Shown piece by piece: positions 17,699 through 27,900 of a DNA stretch of 49,025 nucleotides; within the stretch, counting starts at the first letter, position 1; each line of letters opens with the position of its first letter. The position numbers and the translations under genes were made by a program. The stretch comes from Salmonella phage vB_SenS_UTK0006. The stretch is taken from the sequence record OQ359885.1, one strand, 5' to 3'. The notes below the pieces were generated by a model, which did no database searches, was not told the DNA's origin, and was given only the letters and a program-made list of their open reading frames with translations.

Positions 17699-18077
17699 AT
17701 TATCTGTTGCGGCAAGAATGGCGCTGGCTCAAGAATACGAAAGCGAATATATGATCGCTTATGAAAACGTTGAATTTACGCCACCAAAAGGCGGAGGCAT
17801 TTGGCTTAAATATGACTACAAAGAAGCAGATACAATAATTCATGATCTGAAAAGGAAATGCATTAGCTATATTGGAATGGTTCAGATCGGAATTGAATTC
17901 CCGCCAGGTTCAGGAATTGATAAGGCTCGCAAGCTGGCAAAAAATATTGCTGATTTCTTTGAAGATGGTAAAATGCTTGCGAATGGTTATATTTCAGAAG
18001 GTGCGAAAGTGCATCCAGTTCAGAAATCAGAATCAGGCTGGTTTTATCCAGTACGTTTTTATGTTCGTTACGATTAA
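17688..18077 (+). CDS. tail terminator-like protein
   Basis: position between gp10-like and major tail protein. Confidence 0.5.
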   Translation: MHYELSVAARMALAQEYESEYMIAYENVEFTPPKGGGIWLKYDYKEADTIIHDLKRKCISYIGMVQIGIEFPPGSGIDKARKLAKNIADFFEDGKMLANGYISEGAKVHPVQKSESGWFYPVRFYVRYD

Positions 18078-18091
18078 TAAAGGGGGCTATC

Positions 18092-18754
18092 ATGCACTTA
18101 CCTAACGGATCACAAATTTTCGTCGAAAATGCTCGCGAAGAAGCAAAAGAAGCAACAAATATTAGCAATGCAGACAAACCAGTTTTCACTGTTGCAAATG
18201 GTGGCACTTCATACAAAAAAGGTGATTACATCATTGTTGTAACGTCAGATTGGCAAAAAATGGTTGATCGTGTTTTGCGCGTTGTTAGCGGTGAAGAAAA
18301 TAGCGTTACTGTTGAAGGTATCGACACAACTGATACTAACGTTTTCCCTTCTGGAAACGTAAAAGCTACTTTTGCAAAAATTACCGGATGGTCTGAAATT
18401 CCTTGTGTACAGGATTTAGGGCAGGACGGCGGGGAGCAGCAGTATTACAATTACCAGTGCTTGAGCGATGACCAGGAGCAGCAGTTACCAACCTATAAAA
18501 GCGCGGTATCACTGACTTACACATTTGCGCATGAATACGATAACCCGATTTATCCGCTATTGCGTAAGGCTGACGAATCCGGCGACGTTAAAGCATTGCG
18601 CATGTATGTACCAAAAGCGAAAGAAATGCGCCTTTGGGCTGGTGTGCTTTCTTTCAACGAGATCCCACAAACGGCGGTAAACGAAATGGAAACCGTTTCT
18701 TTGTCGGTATCCCTGAAAGGTCGCTTTACTTTCCTCCCTGCTAACCAGGATTAA
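18092..18754 (+). CDS. major tail protein
   Basis: 220-aa ORF; position upstream of chaperone genes. Confidence 0.75.
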   Translation: MHLPNGSQIFVENAREEAKEATNISNADKPVFTVANGGTSYKKGDYIIVVTSDWQKMVDRVLRVVSGEENSVTVEGIDTTDTNVFPSGNVKATFAKITGWSEIPCVQDLGQDGGEQQYYNYQCLSDDQEQQLPTYKSAVSLTYTFAHEYDNPIYPLLRKADESGDVKALRMYVPKAKEMRLWAGVLSFNEIPQTAVNEMETVSLSVSLKGRFTFLPANQD

Positions 18755-18758
18755 TATT

Positions 18759-18785
18759 AAGGGGCGCATTGCGTCCCTTTTTTAT
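18759..18785 (+). terminator. intrinsic terminator with nested -35
   Basis: AAGGGGCGC att GCGTCCCTT TTTT. Confidence 0.8.
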
Positions 18786-18797
18786 TTGATGTAATAT
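18769..18797 (+). promoter_or_regulatory. promoter overlapping the terminator
   Basis: TTGCGT (18769-18774), 17 nt, TAATAT (18792-18797). Confidence 0.45.
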
Positions 18798-18831
18798 CAC
18801 CTCAATATTTAACCACTCAGGAGAAATGACA

Positions 18832-19146
18832 ATGGCTAAAATGAAATTGACTCTTGCCCCGCTTCCAGATTTCAAACTTCCAGTTAAATTTGTATTGCCG
18901 GATGGTAACGAGCAAAAAATTGTGTTTACCGTTAAGCATAAAAAGGCCAGCGAGATTCAAGAGCTTTACCAGAAAGAAGGTATTAAAGATCCTGAATTCA
19001 TCATGAATGTTGCCGTGGGTTGGGATCTGGAGGAAGAATTCAACGAAGAAAACGCGCAACTGTTAGTTGATTATTATCCTGGCGCGGCGCTGGCTCTTAT
19101 GGGATCTTATTTAAGTGCGCTGGCAGGGCAACGCGTAAAAAACTAA
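18832..19146 (+). CDS. tail assembly chaperone (lambda G-like)
   Basis: position before TMP; alternative ATG at 18826; ends at slippery site. Confidence 0.8.
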   Translation: MAKMKLTLAPLPDFKLPVKFVLPDGNEQKIVFTVKHKKASEIQELYQKEGIKDPEFIMNVAVGWDLEEEFNEENAQLLVDYYPGAALALMGSYLSALAGQRVKN

Positions 19147-19463
19147 AACGGGCGGTTTATCTGTATTATCAGAAACCGCCGACAGATGCAGAATTGCAAG
19201 CCGTAGGATTAACCCGCGCAGACTATGAAGGAGAAGATCCGCCAGAGGTCATATTTGATGAAAGTATGATGCAATCATGGGATATATTTTGCGCGATGGG
19301 TACACAGTGGCGTAGTGCTGGCGCTGGTGCTTACGGTTTTGATTATAATGTTTTGCCTATGTTATTCAGAATCTATAAAATAGAAGATGAAGAAATGGCC
19401 TTAAATGACTTGCGCATCATGGAACAAAAAGCACTGGAAATGATGCAAGCAAATAACAAATAA
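18832..19463 (+). CDS. -1 frameshift fusion tail assembly chaperone (lambda GT-like)
   Basis: A_AAA_AAC at 19137-19143 in the correct phase; continues LKRAVYLYYQKPPTDAELQAVGLTRADYEG... Confidence 0.85.
19137..19180 (+). promoter_or_regulatory. programmed -1 ribosomal frameshift signal
   Basis: AAAAAAC heptamer, 7-nt spacer, perfect 8-bp stem GGCGGTTT (19151-19158) / AAACCGCC (19173-19180). Confidence 0.9.
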
Positions 19464-19486
19464 AGCGCCTACGGGCGCTTTTTTTA
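19462..19486 (+). terminator. intrinsic terminator before TMP
   Basis: AAAGCGCC tac GGGCGCTTTTTTT. Confidence 0.8.
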
Positions 19487-19500
19487 TGAGGGTAAAATAT

Positions 19501-22410
19501 ATGGCTGAACAATTTGCAGGTTTAACACTTGGCGTGAACGTCGAGCAGTTAAACAAAGCTGTTAAGTCGTTACAGGACTTTAAAAAAGCCAACGACGAAG
19601 CAAAGAAAGGCGTTGAGAGCTTTGTTAACGAGGAAGAAGTTGCAAAGCAAAAGGCTAAACAGTTAGCCGATGAATTAGCGAAACAGAGCCGTGAATTTAA
19701 GAGAATTCAGGATACAGTTGATCCGACAGCGGCAAAAATGCGCAAGCTGTCACAGGCAGCAAGTGATCTTGATAAGCTATGGCAAAAAGGGATTGTACCT
19801 GATGAAACATTCTTCCAATTAGGGAGCATGTTGGAAACTCAGATCAGTAAATTGGAGCGCAACAAAAAGGCGCTTACGGAAGAAGGCCGCGCAGCGTTGG
19901 AAGAATCACGCGCCAAAGAGAAAGCAGCGGCAGCAGGAAAGAGCTTCCTTGCGGATCTAGAATCACAAGCGGCGGCTATTGGAAAAACCAAATCTGAATT
20001 ACTGGAAATGAAAGCCGCGCAACTTGGCGTAAGTGCTCAGGCCGCGCCATTCATTGCACAGCTTAAAGCGCAAGAGCGCCAGATGAAATTAACCGGAATT
20101 AGCGCGGGGCAATATAACCAGGCAATGCGACAACTTCCGGCTCAGATCACTGACGTTGTAACGTCGCTGGCTTCCGGCATGCCTGTTTGGTTGGTTGCAA
20201 TCCAGCAGGGTGGGCAGATTAAAGATTCTTTCGGCGGAGTTGGTAATACGTTTAAAGTGCTGTTGTCGTTTCTTAATCCGGTAAACGTTGGCCTTGCCGC
20301 ATTAGCCGTTTCAATGGGTGCTCTTGTTAAGGCTGGTTATGATGCGTATAAGTCGCAACGTGACTTGCAAGAGGCGTTAGTGATGACTGGTGGATATGCT
20401 GGCACAAACGGCGCACAGTTTGACAAGATGGCGCAGGATATTAATAACAGCACTGATGCGACCATTGGCAGCATTCGCGGCATTGCAACAGAGCTTGCAA
20501 AATCTGGAAAATACACCATTGATCAGATTAAAGCCATTACGAAAACTACCGCTCAGTGGTCAACTGTAACGGGTGAATCAAGCGATAAGATTACTGGTTA
20601 CTTTGATAAGATTGCTGGCGATCCGGTTAAAGGTCTTGCAGAGCTAAACGAGCAATTCAACTTTTTAAGCGAAGGGCAGTTAACTTATATTGCAGACCTG
20701 GAGAAAACGAAAGGAAAAACGGAAGCAGTGACGGCGGCGACAAAGTTATTTGCTGATGTTATGGATCAGAGATTAGCTAAACTGGCAGACTCCGCAACGC
20801 CATTAGAAAAGATGTGGACGAACATTAAAAAATGGGCGTCAGATGCTTGGGGATGGGTTGGAGATCACACGCTGGCGGCGCTTAACCTGATTATCGACGT
20901 TGTAGCCGGAACGGTTGAGCAGGTTAGATACTTGCTTAATCAGGGTGATATTCTCATTGGTGAATTTATTGTGTCGGCAACTAAGACGATGCAAAAAATC
21001 CCAGGTCTTGATAATGTTGGAGATTCTGTAATTTCGCAACAACAGAAGATCATTAATAACGCCAAAGAGAACAACAAGGAGCTATTAAAATCAATTGCAG
21101 AACGTAACGAGCGAGTCAAAAAAGGCGAGCAGGGTTACATTGACATGATGAAAAATCGTGCGGCGGTTGAACAGCAATATGCTACTAAAACAAAGGAGAA
21201 TATCAGGAAGGAAGCCGAGGAATTAGCCAAACGCGATAAAAAGCAAAAGGCTGAAAAAGTTAAGGTATCGGCTGGCGATAAGCTGGAAGAACAATATCAG
21301 CGTGATATCCTGGCGTTAGAAACTCAATTAAGAGTTTTGAAAGAGCACAAGACGATCACAGATACCATAAGCCAGCAACGTAAATCTTTATGGGCTGAAC
21401 AAGCTAAAATTCAGATTTTGCAAGAAGCATCAACAAAACGGCAACTTACTGATGAAGAAAAAAGCATTTTAGCCAACAAAGATAAGATCCTGGCGATGGC
21501 TGAACAAAAAGCTATTTTAGGAGATCAGATTGTTGCACAAACTCGACTTAATCAGTTGCAAGATAGCTCAATCAAGTTTATCCAGCAGCAGAAAGCAGCA
21601 ACAGAAGCACTAGCCAAAACCAGAGGGTTAAGCGAGCGTGAAGCAGCAAGAGCGGCGGAACGTGCAAAAGTTGAGGCTGATTATCTTGCCAAAGGAGGTA
21701 AGGAAGGAGATCCGCAACTCACTGCCATGATGGATGAATTAGACAACCGCTATAAAGAGGAAGATGCTAAACGTGCTGATTGGTTATCTGGTGCAAAACA
21801 TGCCTTTGCGGAGTACGGCGAAGAAGCAATGAACATGTATGATAATATCGGCAACATTGCGAGCCAGGCGTTAAACGGCCTATCGCAACAAATGGCTGAT
21901 TTCTTGACTACTGGACAAGCAAACTTCAAAGACTTTGCAAAATCGATCATTAGCCTTATTGTTCAGATGATCACAAAGATGGTTATCTTCAATAGCATTT
22001 CAGGCATGATGGGCGGCTCAACCTGGACACTTGGAAGCCTTTTAAGCGGTGCTGGTTTTGCTGGCGGCGGTTATACTGGCGACGGTGGCAAATATGATCC
22101 GGCTGGCGTTGTTCATAAGGGTGAGTTTGTTTTCACCAAAGAGGCAACGCAAAGAATCGGAGCTAAAAACCTGTATCGCATGATGCGAGGTTATGCAAAC
22201 GGCGGTCAAGTAGGAAGCGTGACAACTGGCTGCGCTGGCATCAATCGCGGTGCATCGCAATTTGCATTTGGTGATATCAACGTTAACATTGACAACGGTC
22301 AAGATCCAAAAGGGATGGAAACTGGTATCAAGATGATTTTCACTGAAATGATTCAACGGTCATGCTCGCAAGGTGGCGAGGTTTATAATTTTGTTCATGG
22401 GAGGGCTTAA
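19501..22410 (+). CDS. tape measure protein
   Basis: ~970 aa, coiled-coil, Q(P)AQITDVVTSLASGMPVWLVAIQQGGQIKDSFGG motif, Gly-rich C-terminal tail motifs. Confidence 0.95.
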   Translation: MAEQFAGLTLGVNVEQLNKAVKSLQDFKKANDEAKKGVESFVNEEEVAKQKAKQLADELAKQSREFKRIQDTVDPTAAKMRKLSQAASDLDKLWQKGIVPDETFFQLGSMLETQISKLERNKKALTEEGRAALEESRAKEKAAAAGKSFLADLESQAAAIGKTKSELLEMKAAQLGVSAQAAPFIAQLKAQERQMKLTGISAGQYNQAMRQLPAQITDVVTSLASGMPVWLVAIQQGGQIKDSFGGVGNTFKVLLSFLNPVNVGLAALAVSMGALVKAGYDAYKSQRDLQEALVMTGGYAGTNGAQFDKMAQDINNSTDATIGSIRGIATELAKSGKYTIDQIKAITKTTAQWSTVTGESSDKITGYFDKIAGDPVKGLAELNEQFNFLSEGQLTYIADLEKTKGKTEAVTAATKLFADVMDQRLAKLADSATPLEKMWTNIKKWASDAWGWVGDHTLAALNLIIDVVAGTVEQVRYLLNQGDILIGEFIVSATKTMQKIPGLDNVGDSVISQQQKIINNAKENNKELLKSIAERNERVKKGEQGYIDMMKNRAAVEQQYATKTKENIRKEAEELAKRDKKQKAEKVKVSAGDKLEEQYQRDILALETQLRVLKEHKTITDTISQQRKSLWAEQAKIQILQEASTKRQLTDEEKSILANKDKILAMAEQKAILGDQIVAQTRLNQLQDSSIKFIQQQKAATEALAKTRGLSEREAARAAERAKVEADYLAKGGKEGDPQLTAMMDELDNRYKEEDAKRADWLSGAKHAFAEYGEEAMNMYDNIGNIASQALNGLSQQMADFLTTGQANFKDFAKSIISLIVQMITKMVIFNSISGMMGGSTWTLGSLLSGAGFAGGGYTGDGGKYDPAGVVHKGEFVFTKEATQRIGAKNLYRMMRGYANGGQVGSVTTGCAGINRGASQFAFGDINVNIDNGQDPKGMETGIKMIFTEMIQRSCSQGGEVYNFVHGRA

Positions 22411-22757
22411 TGTTAGATGAATTTACCTGGTGTACGCAGATTCAGAGCGGCGGCGGTGCAATGACAACTACCAATAACGACAGGGAAGTTGTTTTTGGTA
22501 ACGGCTATCGCCAAAAGGCATCTTCTGGATTTAACACGGAAAGGAGGGAGTTTTCTATTGTATATGTTGGCAATGATTATAAGGCTGTTAAAGCATTTAT
22601 GACGGATCACAGGTTAAAGCCTTTCTTGTGGAAAACTCCAGACGGTAGTTTTGGGTTGTTTACCGTAAAAGCCGGAACGGTTGGACTAACGCCAATTAGC
22701 CGAACCGCTCAGGAAGTCAAAGCAACTTTTACGGAAGAATTTACATCAATGCGATAA
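22410..22757 (+). CDS. minor tail protein (lambda M-like)
   Basis: location between TMP and L-like protein. Confidence 0.7.
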   Translation: MLDEFTWCTQIQSGGGAMTTTNNDREVVFGNGYRQKASSGFNTERREFSIVYVGNDYKAVKAFMTDHRLKPFLWKTPDGSFGLFTVKAGTVGLTPISRTAQEVKATFTEEFTSMR

Positions 22758-22760
22758 ATC

Positions 22761-22785
22761 AAAGCCGCCTTGTGCGGCTTTTTTA
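22761..22785 (+). terminator. intrinsic terminator with nested -35
   Basis: AAAGCCGC cttgt GCGGCTTTTTT. Confidence 0.85.
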
Positions 22786-22798
22786 TTGTGTCTATAAT
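22770..22798 (+). promoter_or_regulatory. promoter overlapping the terminator
   Basis: TTGTGC (22770-22775), 17 nt, TATAAT (22793-22798). Confidence 0.6.
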
Positions 22799-22823
22799 GG
22801 TGCTTTATTGGAGGGCATAAAAT

Positions 22824-23582
22824 ATGGCTGAAAAACAGATCAAAAAGACTTTTGAAAATTGTCTGCAATCGCTTTTTCCTGGTGAGATTATTACTCTTAT
22901 CGAGGTTGACGGCACGAAATTTGGTGCTCAGGTTTACCGATTTCACGCTGAAAATATCGCATACACGCCAGAGGAATTAATGCAAGCGCGTGAAACTGGA
23001 ATATTGCCTCCGAAAGATATTAAGTTTCGCGGTGAAATTTACGGGGCGCGGCCTTTTGGCATCACAGGGATCGGATTTACCAGTAACGGGAAAGCAGAAA
23101 AACCACAATTAGCGCTTTCTAATTTAGATAGCCGTGTATCTGCTTTAATCAGATCCTATAATGGCATGATGCAAGCAAAGGTCACAATATGGGTTACATC
23201 GGCTGATTTAATTGATGATGAAGGTAATGTGGAGGACGGCGCATATAGAAAACTGGTTTATTATATTGAGCGTCCAAATTTTGTTAATCAGACGGTTGCA
23301 CGTTTTGAATTAACATCACCTTACGATATGGATGGAATTATGATCCCGCCACGACTCACTCAAAGCGTTTGTTATTGGGCGCAACGTGGATGGTATAGAA
23401 GCGGGAAAGGTTGCGGATATAACGGATCGGCAATGTTCGATAAAGATAATAATCCGGTAACAGATCCGAGCAAGGATTATTGCGCCGGAACGGTAACAGC
23501 TTGCAAATTGCGCTTTGGTGAACAAAATGAATTAGATTTTGGCGGTTGCGCTGTTGCTTCACTGTTGAGGAAAAACCAATGA
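22824..23582 (+). CDS. minor tail protein L
   Basis: C-rich lambda gpL-like: CYWAQRGWYRSGKGCGYNG...DYCAGTVTACKLRFG. Confidence 0.85.
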   Translation: MAEKQIKKTFENCLQSLFPGEIITLIEVDGTKFGAQVYRFHAENIAYTPEELMQARETGILPPKDIKFRGEIYGARPFGITGIGFTSNGKAEKPQLALSNLDSRVSALIRSYNGMMQAKVTIWVTSADLIDDEGNVEDGAYRKLVYYIERPNFVNQTVARFELTSPYDMDGIMIPPRLTQSVCYWAQRGWYRSGKGCGYNGSAMFDKDNNPVTDPSKDYCAGTVTACKLRFGEQNELDFGGCAVASLLRKNQ

Positions 23583-24301
23583 TTAATGCAAAAATTAAAC
23601 TTGAAATTATGCGACACGCTAATGATGTTTATCCTAATGAATGTTGCGGCCTGGTAACTCAAAAATCACGCGTCCAGAAATATCACCGGATCGATAACGT
23701 AAGCAAAGAGCCGGAAAAGCATTTTGAAATGGACGCGACACAATACGCAGAAATTGAGGCAGACGACACAGAAATAATTGCTATTGTTCATAGCCACACC
23801 GGAGAAGGGGCAACCACAATCCCTAGCGCACACGATTTATGCATGTGTGATGAAACTGGTGTTACTTGGATTATCGTTTCTATACCAGAAGGAGACATGA
23901 GAATCATAGAGCCACAATCACGGCCTTTGATTGGTCGCCCCTGGTCGCTTGGTGCTTATGATTGTTGGGGTCTTATTATGGCCTGGCATAAAGAGCAAGG
24001 CGTGATCCTGAATGATTTCCGCAAGCCGTATGAATGGTGGAAGCCGGAACATGGTGAAAACCTTTATCAAGATAATTACTTGAAAGAAGGTTTTATAGAA
24101 ACAGGAGAGCCACCAAAGCCAGGTGATATGATCATAATGCAGTTGCAAGCGCCAGTATGGAACCACGCCGGAATTTATTTAGGCAACAATCAACTATTAC
24201 ATCATGCATTCGGCAAGTTGTCGCGGGTTGATTTATATTCTGGATGGTATCAGGAACACACAACAATGATTTGCAGACACAAGGATCTGAAAAATGAATA
24301 A
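23579..24301 (+). CDS. tail tip assembly protein K (JAMM + NlpC/P60)
   Basis: NECCGLV, HSHTGEGATTIPSAHD, SLGAYDCWGLIMAWH, WNHAGIYL. Confidence 0.85.
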   Translation: MINAKIKLEIMRHANDVYPNECCGLVTQKSRVQKYHRIDNVSKEPEKHFEMDATQYAEIEADDTEIIAIVHSHTGEGATTIPSAHDLCMCDETGVTWIIVSIPEGDMRIIEPQSRPLIGRPWSLGAYDCWGLIMAWHKEQGVILNDFRKPYEWWKPEHGENLYQDNYLKEGFIETGEPPKPGDMIIMQLQAPVWNHAGIYLGNNQLLHHAFGKLSRVDLYSGWYQEHTTMICRHKDLKNE

Positions 24302-24893
24302 GGTTATCAATGTTAAATTGTCCGGCTCATTAGGTCGCCGCTTTGGTGTTTTCCACAAATACGCCGTTGATAGTTGGCCTGAATGCGTAAGAGCGCTATC
24401 AAGCCAGGTTGAAGGATTTAAAGACTTCATGCAAAGCGAGATTGGATCTAAAATGAAGTTTGCTATATTTGTGGATGGTAAGAATGTTGGCTTGAATAAT
24501 GATAGCGCTTGGAGTTGTGCTCGCGAGGTTCGAATTGTTCCAATTCCAACAGGTTCAAAATCTGGAGGTTTATTTCAGGTTGTATTGGGCGCGGCGATTA
24601 TGGTCACTGCGTTTTTCACTGGTGGTGCATCGCTGGCGGCTATGGGTGCTTTTTCATCGGCTGCATTTATGATGGGTGGTGCAATGGCTCTTGGCGGAGT
24701 AATGCAGATGATTAGCCCACAACAAGGAGGAATGAGAATGGAGAGCCAAAGCGCAGCTAACAAGCCTTCTTATGCGTTTGGTGGTGCTGTTAATACCACG
24801 GCGGCAGGTTATCCGGTTCCGTTGCCTTATGGTTATAGAACTGTTGGAGGCGCTATATTCAGTGCTGGCTCATACGCAGAAGATAAACTCTAA
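24294..24893 (+). CDS. tail assembly protein I
   Basis: VKLSGSLGRRFG..., Ala/Gly-rich hydrophobic middle, position between K and J. Confidence 0.8.
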   Translation: MNKVINVKLSGSLGRRFGVFHKYAVDSWPECVRALSSQVEGFKDFMQSEIGSKMKFAIFVDGKNVGLNNDSAWSCAREVRIVPIPTGSKSGGLFQVVLGAAIMVTAFFTGGASLAAMGAFSSAAFMMGGAMALGGVMQMISPQQGGMRMESQSAANKPSYAFGGAVNTTAAGYPVPLPYGYRTVGGAIFSAGSYAEDKL

Positions 24894-24900
24894 TTATATT

Positions 24901-24926
24901 AACCCGCCGTTGCGCGGGTTTTTTGT
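24901..24926 (+). terminator. intrinsic terminator with nested -35
   Basis: AACCCGC cgttgc GCGGGTT TTTT. Confidence 0.8.
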
Positions 24927-24938
24927 TACATGTACAAT
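24910..24938 (+). promoter_or_regulatory. promoter overlapping the terminator
   Basis: TTGCGC (24910-24915), 17 nt, TACAAT (24933-24938). Confidence 0.55.
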
Positions 24939-24974
24939 GGCAGCACGTTTAAATAGCACAAAAGGTTAAAAGCT

Positions 24975-27900
24975 ATGATCAAAAATATGATAACTGGCAG
25001 TAAGGGCGGTTCTTCAAAGCCTCATACACCTGTTGAAATGGAAGATAACCTAATTTCAATTAACAGGATCAGAATTCTTTTAGCCGTTTCTGATGGTGAA
25101 GTTGATCCAGACTTTTCATTGAAAGATTTATATTTTGATGATGTTCCGGTTATGAATCAGGATGGTTCACTAAACTTTCAGAATGTTAAGGCAGAATTCA
25201 GACCAGGGACACAAACGCAGGATTATATTCAGGGGTTTACTGATACAGCCAGCGAAATTACAGTTGCTCGCGATCTGACAGCAGCAACGCCTTATATTAT
25301 TTCTGTTACCAATAAAAACCTTTCTGCGATCCGTATTAAAATTTTAATGCCTCGCGGGGTTACTCAGGAAGATAACGGAGATCTAACAGGTGTTCGCGTT
25401 GAATATGCTGTTGATATGGCTGTTGATGGTTCTGAATATAAAGAGGTTTTGCATGATGTAATTGAAGGTAAAACAATGAGCGGTTACGACAGAAGCCGCC
25501 GAATTGATTTACCTGCTTTCAATGAGCGTGTTTTATTGCGCGTCCGCCGCCTGACAGATAGCACGTCAGCAAGGGTAACGGATCTGATTAAAATGCAAAG
25601 CTATGCGGAAGTTGTAGACGCTAAATTTCGTTACCCCCTGACTGGTTTAGTATATGTTGAGTTTGACAGCGAATTATTCCCTAATGCGTTGCCGAATATC
25701 AGCATTAAGAAAAAATGGAAAATCATTAATGTTCCGTCAAATTATGATCCTATTTCCCGCACTTACTCAGGGTCATGGGATGGAACCTGGAAAAAGGCAT
25801 GGAGTAATAACCCTGCTTTTGTTCTGTATGATTTGATTACCAATCAGCGTTACGGACTCGATCAAAGAGAATTAGGCATCGCGCTTGATAAATGGAGCAT
25901 TTACGAATGTGCGCAGTATTGCGATCAGATGGTTCCAGACGGTAAAGGCGGAACAGAGCCGCGCTATCTTTGCGACGTTGTGATCCAGAGCCAGGTAGAA
26001 GCGTATCAGCTTGTCCGTGATATTTGCTCAATCTTTCGAGGAATGAGTTTTTGGAACGGTGAAAGCCTTTCAATTGTGATCGATAAGCCGCGCGATGCGT
26101 CATACATCTTTACCAATGACAACGTGGTTAATGGTGAGTTTACTTACACGTTTGCCAGCGAAAAGAGCATGTACACGCAATGTAACGTGACTTTCGACGA
26201 CGAACAAAACATGTATCAACAGGATGTTGAGGGAGTTTTCGAAACGGAGGCGGCGTTACGCTTTGGATATAACAGCACGTCAATAACTGCTATCGGTTGC
26301 ACTCGACGTAGTGAGGCTAATCGCCGTGGGCGCTGGATTCTGAAAACCAACGTCAAGAGCACAACTGTAAACTTTGCTACAGGTCTGGAAGGTATGATCC
26401 CAACCGTAGGCGATGTGATTGTTGTATCGGATAACTTCTGGTCAAGCGCCCTAACGCTGAATCTATCAGGTCGCGTGATGGAGGTTAGCGGGTTGCAGGT
26501 GTTCACGCCGTTTAAGGTTGACGCAAGAGCAGGTGATCGCATTCTGGTAAATAAGCCGGATGGTAAGCCAGTTGGTCGAACCATTGCGCGTGTTAGTGAT
26601 GACGGTAAAACGCTAACGCTAAACACGACATTTGGTTTTGACGTTCAGCCAGATACCATTTTTGCAATTGAGCGAACCGATATTGCACAGCAAAGATATG
26701 TTGTAACAGGAATCACTAAGGGTGACGGTGATGAAGAATTTACCTACAACATAACGGCTGTTGAATACGATCCGAATAAATACGATGAAATTGATTATGG
26801 TGTAAACATTGATGACCGTCCGACTTCAATCGTACAGCCTGACGTATTGCCAGCACCTGAAAACGTCAAGATCGAATCTTATTCGCGAGTTGTCCAGGGC
26901 GCGAGCGTGGAAACAATGCACGTTTCATGGGATAAAGTTGAATACGCAAGTCTGTATGAAATGCAGTGGCGAAAAGACAATGGCAACTGGAACAATACGC
27001 CGCGAACCGCCAACAAGGAAACGGAAGTTGAAGGAATTTATGCTGGTAACTATCACGTAAGGGTTAGATCTGTTGCAGCAAATGGTTCAGCGTCTGGATG
27101 GTCAGCCATTGTAAGCGCAGGATTAACTGGAAAGGTTGGCGAACCGGAAAGGCCAATTAACCTTACCGCGTCTGACAATGAAGTTTTCGGAATTCGCGTA
27201 AAATGGGGTATGCCAGAAGGAAGCGGAGACACTGCATATATTGAGTTGCATCAAGCGCCGAACGGTGCTGATGGTCATCCTATCGTTGATGAAGCAACGC
27301 TCTTAACGCTGATACCTTTCCCGCAATATGAGTATTGGCATTCAATACTGCCAGCGGGTCATGTTGTCTGGTACAAGGCAAGGGCAGTTGACAAAATCGG
27401 AAACGTTTCTGATTGGACTGATTTTGTGCGCGGCATGGCTTCCGACGATACGAGCATTATCACGGATCATATTAAGGTCGATATTGAAAATTCTGATGGA
27501 TATAAGTGGTTACAGGAAAACGCAATAAAGGCCAATGATAAGATCCACAGCACAGCGGAATCAGTGATTGAAAACGCATTAGCGAATGATAAAGATGTGC
27601 GACGTATGCGAGTTGAAAACGGCAAGCGTAAAGCGGAGTTCTTGCAATCGCTGAAACTCATTGCAGACGAAACAGAAGCAAGGGTAACGCAGGTCACTCA
27701 AATGAGTGCGCAATTTGACGAGAAATTAACGGCTCAAAATAGCGAATTGAGAGAGGTAATTGCTAACAGCACTGAAACCATTAGCCAAAGGATTGATCAG
27801 CTTACAGCTACGTTTGAGAGCGAAATTGATGGTGTTAAGCAGGATATCAAAGCACAGATAACTGATGTTAACCAGGCAATCACCAATGAAGCGGAAGCGC

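Noticed and set aside
26216-26626. Minus-strand ORF inside gpJ, and similar shadow ORFs in the structural region (13320-13895, 22042-22356, 15328-15639)
   Set aside because: They lie fully antisense to strongly supported structural genes, have no RBS support and show low-complexity Ser/Leu-rich composition typical of antisense frames.
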